Assembly: GCA_964607485.1 (NCBI GenBank) | Contig: CAZSKP010000033.1 | Span: 1 to 21,426 of the forward strand | Direction: 5' to 3' | Length of the DNA stretch: 21,426 nucleotides | DNA from: an uncultured bacterium | GTDB lineage: Bacteria; Abyssobacteria; SURF-5 | Shown: positions 1-7,958 of the stretch, one piece after another | How positions within the stretch are numbered: position 1 is the first letter of the stretch | Layout of the letters: each line of letters opens with the position of its first letter | Notes under the pieces: generated by a model | What the model was told of the DNA's origin: nothing | Database searches by the model: none | The model's input: the letters and a program-made list of their open reading frames with translations, nothing else | Position numbers and translations under genes: made by a program

Positions 1-66
1 TGCTTCCTGTCGTGGTGATTGCTCTTTCGCTCTATGGTTATCATCATTTTCAGTAACCCCGTGCAA
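1..66 (-). CDS. Probable 5' end of a gene running off the left edge; product unknown
   Basis: A strong - strand promoter at 203-175 and an SD (AAAGGAGG, about 86-79) precede two frames open to the edge: TTG at 66 (MHGVTENDDNH...) or ATG at 47 (MMITIERK...). Too short to identify. Confidence 0.3.
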   Translation of the reverse strand, partial: MHGVTENDDNHRAKEQSPRQEA

Positions 67-174
67 AATTTTTACGACCCTCCTTTCATGCAGAGATTGG
101 CGCTACTGATGATGTTGCTTTCGAGCTTTCGGCACTCGCCCACTAAAACGTTACATCTAGTATATTTAACAAAA

Positions 175-203
175 AGTTTAGCACAACACTTCCGGTCTGT
201 CAA
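175..203 (-). promoter_or_regulatory. sigma70-type promoter, extended -10, with upstream A/T tract
   Basis: TTGACA (203-198), 17 nt, TAAACT (180-175), with TG before the -10 and an A/T-rich UP-like tract at 204-221. Confidence 0.75.
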
Positions 204-289
204 GAAAAAAATAACAAAAAAGACCGGCGCGCGCCCTTGAGCGGCCAAAAAGGGCCGGATACTCACCGCCGCATCGGCTCGGGCCTGCG

Positions 290-319
290 ATTGTCCCGTG
301 ACCCCCCCCTTCATGTCAA
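290..319 (-). promoter_or_regulatory. possible second, upstream sigma70-type promoter
   Basis: TTGACA (319-314), 18 nt, GACAAT (295-290). Confidence 0.4.
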
Positions 320-365
320 ACCAAAAGTGTCGGGGGTACCACGACGCACGGCGCACCCAATGCAC

Positions 366-395
366 TTGCATTCGAATCGGGGTTTATTCTATTAT
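366..395 (+). promoter_or_regulatory. possible sigma70-type promoter for the DUF72 gene
   Basis: TTGCAT (366-371), 18 nt, TATTAT (390-395), about 30 nt before ATG 424. Confidence 0.4.
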
Positions 396-423
396 TGAGG
401 CTGCCCTCTTCCATACATCTTGC

Positions 424-1329
424 ATGATGATTCCTGACGACAAGAAATCGCGAGTGCGCGTCGGCGTGGCAGGCTGGTATTATCCGGACTGGAGGGGTGT
501 CGTTTATCCTCCGGGACGGCGCGCCGGAGACCACCTGAGATACCTGGCCGGGTTCGTCGACGTCATCGAGATAAACAACACCTTCTACCGGCCGCCCGAG
601 ACCGCCGACGTGGCCGACTGGTGCGAGCGAGTGGCCGGCATCGAGGGTTTCGCGTTCACGCTCAAGCTATGGCAGCGGTTTACTCATTCCCGAGAGGAGC
701 GCCGGTGGTCGCAGGAACTGAAGGATTTTCTCCGGCGCATCCGCCCCTTGTTGGACAAAGGCCTGGGCAAGGCCCTGCTCGCGCAGTTCCCGCACTCGTT
801 CCACCGCACAGGAGAGAATGAGGCGTACCTGCGGGAGCTCATCGGACAGCTCGAGGGAATTCCCGTCGTCGTCGAGGTAAGACACCACACGTGGAACCAT
901 CCCGACGCTTTCTCGATGCTGGAGGAGCTGGGCGCGGGCGTCTGCTCGATAGACCAGCCGATGTTTCAGGGGTCTCTGCCGCCCCTTGAGCGGCTGACGG
1001 GCACCGTCGGCTACATCCGGCTTCACGGACGCAACAAACAGAACTGGTTCAGGGAAAGCGCGGGCAGGGACGAACGGTACGACTATCTCTATGCGGCCGA
1101 GGAGCTGGCCCCGTGGCTGGAGCGGGCACGAAGGATGGCCGAGAAGGCACGCGAGGTGTATGTCATTGCGAACAACCATTTTCGGGGGCAGGCTGTGTGC
1201 AATGCGCTCATGCTCAAGGCCTCTCTCACGGGTGAGCGCGTGCGAGCTCCCGCCGGGTTGCTGGAGCGTTACCCCGCTCTGAAGGCGTGCGCCGACCCGG
1301 ATGTCCCGATGCAGGAGACGCTGCTTTGA
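424..1329 (+). CDS. DUF72 (YecE-like) TIM-barrel protein
   Basis: Motifs VGVAGWYYPDWRG, EINNTFYRPP, F-x-x-K, LAQFPHSF, VEVRH, YIRLHGRN, YDYLY and NNH are typical of DUF72. Start moved from 298 to ATG 424/427, where similarity begins. Confidence 0.9.
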   Translation: MMIPDDKKSRVRVGVAGWYYPDWRGVVYPPGRRAGDHLRYLAGFVDVIEINNTFYRPPETADVADWCERVAGIEGFAFTLKLWQRFTHSREERRWSQELKDFLRRIRPLLDKGLGKALLAQFPHSFHRTGENEAYLRELIGQLEGIPVVVEVRHHTWNHPDAFSMLEELGAGVCSIDQPMFQGSLPPLERLTGTVGYIRLHGRNKQNWFRESAGRDERYDYLYAAEELAPWLERARRMAEKAREVYVIANNHFRGQAVCNALMLKASLTGERVRAPAGLLERYPALKACADPDVPMQETLL

Positions 1330-1360
1330 CGATTATGAATGAGACGAAGAAACCAATGAA

Positions 1361-1453
1361 CCGCAAAGTCGCAAAGGTCGCAAAGACGGCAATGAGAAGA
1401 TAAAATCGAGCGAAGCGATATGAGAATCCTTTGCGCTCTTCGCGTCCCTGCGG
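1361..1453. repeat. Intergenic inverted-repeat element, 3x CGCAAAG per arm
   Basis: CGCAAAG at 1362, 1370 and 1379 is mirrored by CTTTGCG 1429, CTTCGCG 1438 and CCCTGCG 1446, with mirrored spacers and a 43-nt loop. Confidence 0.8.
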
Positions 1454-1495
1454 CGAAACAGAATTAAAGGAACTGAGCAAAGCAGGAGCCAGACA

Positions 1496-2635
1496 ATGAT
1501 CGAAGCCATCTTGACCGAAGAACAGAAGCTCTTCCGCCAAACCCTGCGCGAGTTTGGCAAACGGGATATCGAGCCTCACCTGAAGCGCTACGCCGGCAAG
1601 AAGGAGTATCCCGCCGAGCTCGGGGCAAAGCTGGCCAAGATCGGCGTGATGGGGCTGACGATTCCAGAAGCCTACGGGGGCAGCGGCGGCGGCACCCTGG
1701 ACGTCGTCATCTGCATGGAGGAACTCTGCCACGCGGGCGGCTTCGCCCCGCTCACGCATCTGGGCGCCTCACGCGCGATTTCGGAGTACGCCAATGACGA
1801 GCTCAAGCGGAAATATCTGCCTCCGCTGGCCCAAGGAGAAACGCTTGGCGCGTACGCGCAGACCGAGCCCGGCGCGGGCTCCGACGCGACCGCGATGAGC
1901 ACCACGGCCGTGCTCGAGGGCGACCACTACGTGCTGAACGGCACGAAGTGCTTCATCTCGAACGCCGAGGTCGCGGACGTGTTCGTCGTGCTGGCGAAGA
2001 CAGACCCCTCGCAGCGCAAGGGCGGCATCAGCGTGTTCATCGCCGAAAAGGACATGCCGGGGCTGAGTGTCGGCAAGTCGGAGGACAAGATGGGCCTCGA
2101 CGCCTCGCCCACCAACGAGATAGTGTTTGACAATTGCCTCATCCCGAAAGATAATCTTATGGTGGCCGAAGGAGAGGCGTTCAAGCTGATGATGCGTTCG
2201 TTCAACGCGGAGAGGTGCGGCAACTCGGCCGCCTGCCTGGGCATGGCCGAGCGCGCCTTCGACCGGGCGTTCGCATATGCACAGCAGCGGGAGGCGTTCG
2301 ACCGGCCGATAATCCGGTTTCAGGGAATCCAGTGGATGTTCGCCGACATGGCCACGCAGATAGAGGCCGCCCGCCTGCTCATATACAACGCCGCATGGAA
2401 GCTGGACCAAAAGCTGCCCGCGGCGAAGGAAGCGGCCATGGCGAAATGCTTCAGCAACGAGATGGCTCAGCGAGTCATCAACGATGCCATGCAGATACAC
2501 GGCGGATACGGTTACATGAAGGAGTACGAGGTGGAACGTCTCTGGCGCGACGCGCGCGGGCTCGCCTTCGGCGGGGGCACCCCTCAGATTCTCCGCAACC
2601 GCATCGCGGCCGAGCTGATACGGTACAGCCTCTGA
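1496..2635 (+). CDS. Acyl-CoA dehydrogenase
   Basis: SD GGAG upstream; motifs [19 protein letters not shown]-x-AF-x-x-PI-x-x-[13 protein letters not shown] and GT-x-QI-x-R; 379 aa. Confidence 0.95.
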   Translation: MIEAILTEEQKLFRQTLREFGKRDIEPHLKRYAGKKEYPAELGAKLAKIGVMGLTIPEAYGGSGGGTLDVVICMEELCHAGGFAPLTHLGASRAISEYANDELKRKYLPPLAQGETLGAYAQTEPGAGSDATAMSTTAVLEGDHYVLNGTKCFISNAEVADVFVVLAKTDPSQRKGGISVFIAEKDMPGLSVGKSEDKMGLDASPTNEIVFDNCLIPKDNLMVAEGEAFKLMMRSFNAERCGNSAACLGMAERAFDRAFAYAQQREAFDRPIIRFQGIQWMFADMATQIEAARLLIYNAAWKLDQKLPAAKEAAMAKCFSNEMAQRVINDAMQIHGGYGYMKEYEVERLWRDARGLAFGGGTPQILRNRIAAELIRYSL

Positions 2636-2673
2636 ACCTGGGCAAAGGGATAGAACATACAAGGGGAAACGGT

Positions 2674-3645
2674 ATGAAAATGGTCTGCTTTGTGAATCCT
2701 AACGCGCAATTTCTGATCGAGGCCAATCTGCCAGAGGGATGGACATACTCGCTTGTCTCCTCCGAGGTGGATGGAAAGGCATACGTGACGAAGGCGCTCA
2801 AAGAGGCGGCCGACGCCGATTTTTACCTTGTCGGCCTCGAGTGGATCGGGAAAGAGCTCATCGAGCCCGCGAAGAAGCTCAAGCTCATACAGCGCCTGGG
2901 CGCCGGCTTCGACAACGTGGACCTCGCGGCCGCGAAGGCATGCGGCGTGCCCGTGGCAAACATCCCCGGCGCCAACTCGGTCGCCGTCGCCGAGCATACA
3001 ATAATGGTCATCATCGCGCTGCTGAAGAGGTTCGCCGAGGCCAACAGCACGATGAAGCAGGGTCAGTGGAAGATGACCGAGCTGCTCCTGATGGGCTGTT
3101 TCGAGCTTTGGAAGAAGACAGTCGGCATCGTCGGCCTGGGCAGGATCGGTAAGGAGGTTGCCCGCCGCCTGATCGGCTTCGATGTGACCACGCTTTATCA
3201 CGACATCCTGACATTCCCGCCCGAGCTCGAAAAGGAACTGCACGTGAAGAAGGTCCCGTTTGAGGAGCTGCTCGCGCAGTCGGACGTGGTGACGATGCAT
3301 GTTCCCCTTACCGACCTGACCAGGGACATGGTGAGCGGCAAGCAGTTCGGCATGATGAAGTCCACCGCCCTGTTCATCAACTCGGCCCGGGGCGAGGTCG
3401 TTGACGATACGGCCCTCGTCGAGGCGCTGAACGGGGGGATAATAGCCGGCGCGGCCATCGACGCCTTCAAGGAAGAGCCGCCCAATCCGGACAGTCCGCT
3501 GCTCAAGGCGGACAACATTATACTGACTCCCCACAATGCGGGTGTCACGCGCGAGGTCTCGATGCGGTTCCTGACGGAATCGTTCAAGAACTTCCAACGC
3601 GTCGCAGCGGGAGAAGCGCCCCTGAATGTGATAGATGAGGCTTGA
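2674..3645 (+). CDS. D-isomer-specific 2-hydroxyacid dehydrogenase (SerA/glyoxylate reductase-like)
   Basis: GAGFDNVD, AVAEH, GLGRIG (NAD binding), INSARG, DAFKEEP and TPHNAG (catalytic R/E/H). True start is ATG 2674 after SD AAGGGG; the extension to 2215 overlaps the preceding gene. Confidence 0.93.
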   Translation: MKMVCFVNPNAQFLIEANLPEGWTYSLVSSEVDGKAYVTKALKEAADADFYLVGLEWIGKELIEPAKKLKLIQRLGAGFDNVDLAAAKACGVPVANIPGANSVAVAEHTIMVIIALLKRFAEANSTMKQGQWKMTELLLMGCFELWKKTVGIVGLGRIGKEVARRLIGFDVTTLYHDILTFPPELEKELHVKKVPFEELLAQSDVVTMHVPLTDLTRDMVSGKQFGMMKSTALFINSARGEVVDDTALVEALNGGIIAGAAIDAFKEEPPNPDSPLLKADNIILTPHNAGVTREVSMRFLTESFKNFQRVAAGEAPLNVIDEA

Positions 3646-3838
3646 CGAAGCGGCCCCCGACCGCCAACCGCGTTGGCTGGAGGGCGGCCCTGTGCCGAGC
3701 CCGCCACGTTCCGCGAAACTTACAGAAACGTAAGCGGACGTGCACAAATGGACGCTCCTGCGGCGAAGGCGGCATGCCTTGAGCGCGATTTTGCCCGAAA
3801 AATGGGAGAAATTCGGCTGTCGGGCCGCGAGAGGATTT

Positions 3839-3854
3839 TGGCACAGAAGTTGCT
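3839..3854 (+). promoter_or_regulatory. sigma54 (RpoN) -24/-12 promoter
   Basis: TGGCAC-AGAAG-TTGCT matches TGGCAC-N5-TTGCW; intergenic, 55 nt before ATG 3910. Confidence 0.85.
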
Positions 3855-3909
3855 CCCCACAATTGTCAGGAATCTAAGGTCCCATGGCACCAGTCGGGGA
3901 GAACGATCC

Positions 3910-4767
3910 ATGAGCCCTCTGTCATTTGCCGCTCTGAAGGAACGGGCCGAACGCATCAGAGAACTTTCCACCCTGCCCAGCGTCATCCTGAGAATCCTCG
4001 AAGTGATGAACAATCCCATGGCGGACGCGCGGGATGTCGAGCGGGAGATAATCGAGGACCCAGTCATCACGGCGAAGATTCTCAGAGTCGCCAACTCCCC
4101 CTATTACGGCGCCAACCGCGACATATCCAGCATATCGCAGGCGGTTGTCCTCATGGGATTTGCAGAGGTCCAGAATATTGCTCTCTCGGTGTCGATCTTC
4201 AGCCGGTTCGCCGAGCCCACCAGGATGTTCGACCGTCGGCAGTTTTGGGAACACTGTTTCGCCACCGCGGCCGCGGCCGAGGCGTTGCAGCGTCGGATAA
4301 ACGCCCAGACCAACGACGGCTTTGTGGCCGGTTTGCTTCACGACATCGGGCGAATAGTGCTCGACCAGTATTTCCCCAACGAATTCCGGGAAATCGTCGC
4401 ATTGGCGGAGGCCCAAAAGATGTCGCTCCTGGAGGCCGAAAGAAAGGTACTGGGCGTGACCCACGGCGACATCGGCTATTGGGTAACCGAAAAGTGGAAT
4501 CTTCCCCCGATGCTGACCGACAGCATCCTGTTCCACCATTCTCCGTTCAGCTGCCGGGAATCGTACGTGCTCACGTCCATCGTCCACGTGGCCGACGTCA
4601 TATCGAAGGCGTTCGGGAGCTACATGGCGAGGGAACTCGTCGCGCCGCCCAAAGACGAGAGCGCATTCAGCCTGTTGAACCTCGACAGCGAAAAAGTGAT
4701 GAGCCTGGCCGACCTCATCACGAAGAAGATGGAATACTTCGATATCTTGGTCGGCGCGGTTTCCTGA
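3910..4767 (+). CDS. HDOD domain signalling protein (stand-alone)
   Basis: LSTLP, DPVITAKILRVANSPYYG, ISSISQAVVLMG, FWEH, AGLLHDIG, E-x4-GVTHGDIG-x5-WNLP and HH-x-P. Start ATG 3910 after SD GGGGAG. Confidence 0.93.
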   Translation: MSPLSFAALKERAERIRELSTLPSVILRILEVMNNPMADARDVEREIIEDPVITAKILRVANSPYYGANRDISSISQAVVLMGFAEVQNIALSVSIFSRFAEPTRMFDRRQFWEHCFATAAAAEALQRRINAQTNDGFVAGLLHDIGRIVLDQYFPNEFREIVALAEAQKMSLLEAERKVLGVTHGDIGYWVTEKWNLPPMLTDSILFHHSPFSCRESYVLTSIVHVADVISKAFGSYMARELVAPPKDESAFSLLNLDSEKVMSLADLITKKMEYFDILVGAVS

Positions 4768-4932
4768 GAAATCTCCATCCTACGATTGCGTCTGAGGCTG
4801 TTCCTTTTTTTTCCCATCTGGCAAGATTTGCCCCATTCGGCTCCCTGTGTGGCTGCGTTCCGAGAGACGGGCAGCACAGCTAAATCATTGTCGGATAACC
4901 AGTTGCTGGGCAAGCCTCGGCGGACGGAATAT

Positions 4933-4948
4933 TGGCATACGTATTGCT
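4933..4948 (+). promoter_or_regulatory. sigma54 (RpoN) -24/-12 promoter
   Basis: TGGCAT-ACGTA-TTGCT, intergenic, upstream of the CDS at 5077. Confidence 0.8.
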
Positions 4949-5076
4949 CCACAATTCTTTGACCGGAGTGTCGAACAGTGTGGGACCATAGCCCGCCGGG
5001 AGCGCGGGAGGTGTGCGGATATCCCTTAGATTCGGAGCCCACGGGACGATAGAAGAAGGCTGCTGCGGAGGAATAG

Positions 5077-5529
5077 ATGGATCAACAAGAAATCGACAGG
5101 CTCATCACCGACATACAGGACTACCTCAACCGGGCAGGTGGAGCCCCGGGCGCCCATGACGCGGGTGTGCGCGACGCCGAAGGCGCAAAGGAAGCGGAGC
5201 CCGACGAACTGGAGGCCGGCTTCTTCATCGCGCCCGATTCCAGAGGCAGAATGGAACGGTTCTCGAAGTATTCCCGGTTTGCCTCTTACGCGGTCGAGGC
5301 GCTCACGATAGCCCTTTTCACGGCGGGAATGCTCGCGCCTTTTCGCACATGGCCGCGAACCCTCATGTTCCTGATGGGTGTGCTGATTTTCGGCATATTC
5401 ACCATCACGGTGTTGCTCAGCCTTCAGGCGCGCATCCAACTGCTGCTTCAAATAGAGTCGAACACCCGGAACATCGCTTTGAACAAGGCGCGCATAGCCG
5501 AGACACTGGCGAAAATTCGGATAGGATAG
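5077..5529 (+). CDS. Hypothetical membrane protein (2 TM, C-terminal coiled-coil-like tail, N-terminal QQEIDRL peptide)
   Basis: SD GGAGG directly upstream; two hydrophobic segments (FASYAVEALTIALFTAGMLAPF and LMFLMGVLIFGIFTITVLLSL); acidic low-complexity linker. Confidence 0.75.
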   Translation: MDQQEIDRLITDIQDYLNRAGGAPGAHDAGVRDAEGAKEAEPDELEAGFFIAPDSRGRMERFSKYSRFASYAVEALTIALFTAGMLAPFRTWPRTLMFLMGVLIFGIFTITVLLSLQARIQLLLQIESNTRNIALNKARIAETLAKIRIG

Positions 5530-5732
5530 GTCGCCCCGCTCGTCGGATAGAAAAAAGGCCTATAGTCGTCCCCCCTCTCGCGTAATACCCCTCTTTCAGG
5601 CGGAATCGCTCCTTCATAGCTCCACTCATCGTCCAGGGGCCGCTGCGGATTTTGGCAACGAGCTTGACAAAGAGGCTTGAAACCCGTCATCATAGCGAAA
5701 CCAATCGGAGCAATGGCTATTGGAGAATCAGT

Positions 5733-7019
5733 TTGAGTGCTGTCAGGCGTAACCGGCCGGCGGAGAGGACCTCAACGGGCAGGAGCTGTCTTTTGCTGTC
5801 AGCGTTTATTTTCCTGCTTGCCCTCTCCTCGGCACCTTCGTCTCCCCACCTCACGAGGTTTCCCTATATCCAACGTCCCACCACCACGTCGGCAACCATT
5901 GTGTGGAAGACGGACATTCCGGCATCTTCCAGCATCGAATACGGCCTGACCGCCGAGCTGGGTTCTGAGGTAAAGCCGGCGCAAAACGGAACGCTGCACG
6001 TGGCGGAGCTGACATCGTTGAAGCCGAACGAAACCTACTACTATCGTGTCCTTGCCGAAGGGCTTCCTTTGATGGACACAAGAACCTTTCAAACCAACAA
6101 GGACGAACTCCATGCGAACTTCTCTTTCATCGTTTTCGGCGACTCCGGCACCGGCAACCAGAATCAGCTCAGCGTCGCGGCGCAAATGCTCCGCGTCAAG
6201 CCCGACCTCGGCCTCATCACCGGAGACATTGTCTATCCCAACGGGGCCTGGAAGGACTACGACGCCAAGTATTTTCGCCCGTACAGGGATATGATAGCCT
6301 CGGTCTGTTTCTACCCTGCGCCGGGCAACCACGACTATCATACAAAGAGGGGAAAACCCTATCTGGACAATTTCTTTCTGCCGAAAGACAATCCCGAAGG
6401 AAGCGAGAAATACTATTCGTTCGATTATGCGAACGCTCACTTCGTCTCCATCGACTCGAACCTCCCCATGCACGGGGCGGAGGAGACGAAACAGTTCGAC
6501 TGGCTGGGGAAGGACCTCTCGTCCACGCGAAAGACGTGGAAATTCGTCTTTCTGCACCATCCTCCCTACAGCGCCAGCCTTCATGGAGGCGACAGAGACA
6601 TCCGCGGGAGATATTGTCCGGTGTTCGAAAAATATTCCGTCGACATCGTCTTCTGCGGCCACGACCACAATTACCAGCGAACGGTCAGGATAAACCAGTT
6701 CGTTCCCGACAAAGAGGGTGTGATATACGTGGTAACGGGTGGCGGAGGAGGACGGCTTTATGGCGTCGAACACCGCGAGTGGACCGCCTTCGCGAAGAAG
6801 ACGTTTCACTTCGTACATGTCAAGATCAAGGATGCAACTCTCCAGCTTTCCGCCATAGACAGCGATGGGAAAACGTTCGATGAGTTGGCCCTGGACAAAC
6901 GCCTCAAGAAGACTTCCCTTGATAAAGTCCGGGTCGTATCGGAATACTCTCCCTTGCTGCTGCTCATAGCCGGGGCAATGATTCTCAGGCGATACAGAAG
7001 TTCCTCTCCCAAGAGCTAA
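5733..7019 (+). CDS. Exported purple-acid-phosphatase-family metallophosphoesterase with N-terminal Fn3-like domain
   Basis: All five metal-ligand blocks are present: GDSG, GDIVY, GNHD, FLHHPP and GHDH. Fn3-like segment (IVWKT...LKPNETYYYRV) and N-terminal hydrophobic signal. Start TTG 5733 chosen from SD GGAG at 5722-5725; the start is uncertain. Confidence 0.9.
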   Translation: MSAVRRNRPAERTSTGRSCLLLSAFIFLLALSSAPSSPHLTRFPYIQRPTTTSATIVWKTDIPASSSIEYGLTAELGSEVKPAQNGTLHVAELTSLKPNETYYYRVLAEGLPLMDTRTFQTNKDELHANFSFIVFGDSGTGNQNQLSVAAQMLRVKPDLGLITGDIVYPNGAWKDYDAKYFRPYRDMIASVCFYPAPGNHDYHTKRGKPYLDNFFLPKDNPEGSEKYYSFDYANAHFVSIDSNLPMHGAEETKQFDWLGKDLSSTRKTWKFVFLHHPPYSASLHGGDRDIRGRYCPVFEKYSVDIVFCGHDHNYQRTVRINQFVPDKEGVIYVVTGGGGGRLYGVEHREWTAFAKKTFHFVHVKIKDATLQLSAIDSDGKTFDELALDKRLKKTSLDKVRVVSEYSPLLLLIAGAMILRRYRSSSPKS

Positions 7020-7061
7020 GCGCTTCGCCGCCTCGTTTCCGGCCGGGCCGGCATTGCTCCA

Positions 7062-7090
7062 TTGAATCGAAGGCGAACGTCTGCTACAAT
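7062..7090 (+). promoter_or_regulatory. sigma70-type promoter, extended -10
   Basis: TTGAAT, 17 nt, TACAAT with TG before the -10; SD AAGGAG before ATG 7142. Confidence 0.7.
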
Positions 7091-7141
7091 CCACCCATCC
7101 CGGAAGAGAGCCACGGCGAATTAAAAAGGAGACAGTGCCGA

Positions 7142-7945
7142 ATGAAAACACTCATGTTCGAAAAAGAAGGTCATATCGGGCTCATCACGCTGAATCGCCC
7201 GAATCGGCTCAACGCACTTTCGCACACGATGGTCAGGGAATTGCACGAGCTGTTCAACCGTCTCGACGAGGACGTGGACACAAGGGTGGTGCTGCTGACC
7301 GGCGCGGGACGCGGTTTTTGCGCGGGGGCCGACCTGAGGGGCGGCGACGGAGAAGGCGCATGGGATGAGCGGCTGGGGCCGATACAGTCGCAGTACCGCC
7401 TCCAGCAGGGGTATGCGTCGCTCGTCATCAGGCTCAGGGAGATTCCTCAGCCTGTGATCGCCGCCGTGAACGGTCCGGCGGCCGGCGGCGGACTGTGCCT
7501 GGCGCTCGCGGCGGACGTGAGATATGCGTCCGAGTCGGCGCGCTTCAACTGCGCCTTCGTCAAGCTGGGCCTTTCGGGCGGCGAGATGGGCTCCTCCTAC
7601 TTTCTGCCTCGGATAGTCGGAGCCTCGAAGGCGGCGGAAATCATGTACACCGGCCGTCTCGTGGATGCGCGCACCGCGTTGGAGATGGGCCTGGTTTCCA
7701 AGGTGACGCCCGACGGAGAGGTCGTGCAGGCCGCGAAAGAGCTGGCGCTGGAGATGCTGTCGAACGCTCCGTTTGCGCTCCGGATGACCAAGGAGGTGTT
7801 CAACTTCGGCCTCTGCGCTCCCAGTCTGGAGCATCAGATTCACATGGAGAACAGGACCCAGACGGTCAATTTCTTCACGGACGACTTTCGAGAAGGGGCG
7901 ATGTCGTTCCTCGAGAAGCGCGCGCCTCAGTACGGGGACAAGTAG
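7142..7945 (+). CDS. Enoyl-CoA hydratase/isomerase (crotonase) family protein
   Basis: ITLNRP-x-x-LNAL, FCAGADL, PVIAAVNGPAAGGG-x-x-LALAAD and DFREG-x-x-SFLEKR-x-P. Confidence 0.95.
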   Translation: MKTLMFEKEGHIGLITLNRPNRLNALSHTMVRELHELFNRLDEDVDTRVVLLTGAGRGFCAGADLRGGDGEGAWDERLGPIQSQYRLQQGYASLVIRLREIPQPVIAAVNGPAAGGGLCLALAADVRYASESARFNCAFVKLGLSGGEMGSSYFLPRIVGASKAAEIMYTGRLVDARTALEMGLVSKVTPDGEVVQAAKELALEMLSNAPFALRMTKEVFNFGLCAPSLEHQIHMENRTQTVNFFTDDFREGAMSFLEKRAPQYGDK

Positions 7946-7958
7946 GGACCGAAGCCGG

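Noticed and set aside
2215..2673. N-terminal extension suggesting a fusion or frameshift between the acyl-CoA and hydroxyacid dehydrogenases
   Set aside because: The upstream gene is complete with its own stop, and the downstream gene has its own SD and ATG at 2674.
4819..4832. TGGCAA-GAT-TTGC as a sigma54 promoter
   Set aside because: The spacing is 2 nt too short for -24/-12; kept only as a palindrome and possible activator site.
5653..5669. Third sigma54-like site TGGCAA-N5-TTGAC before the phosphatase
   Set aside because: The -12 GC is replaced by GA, and the same bases read as a sigma70 -35 (TTGACA); too ambiguous to call.
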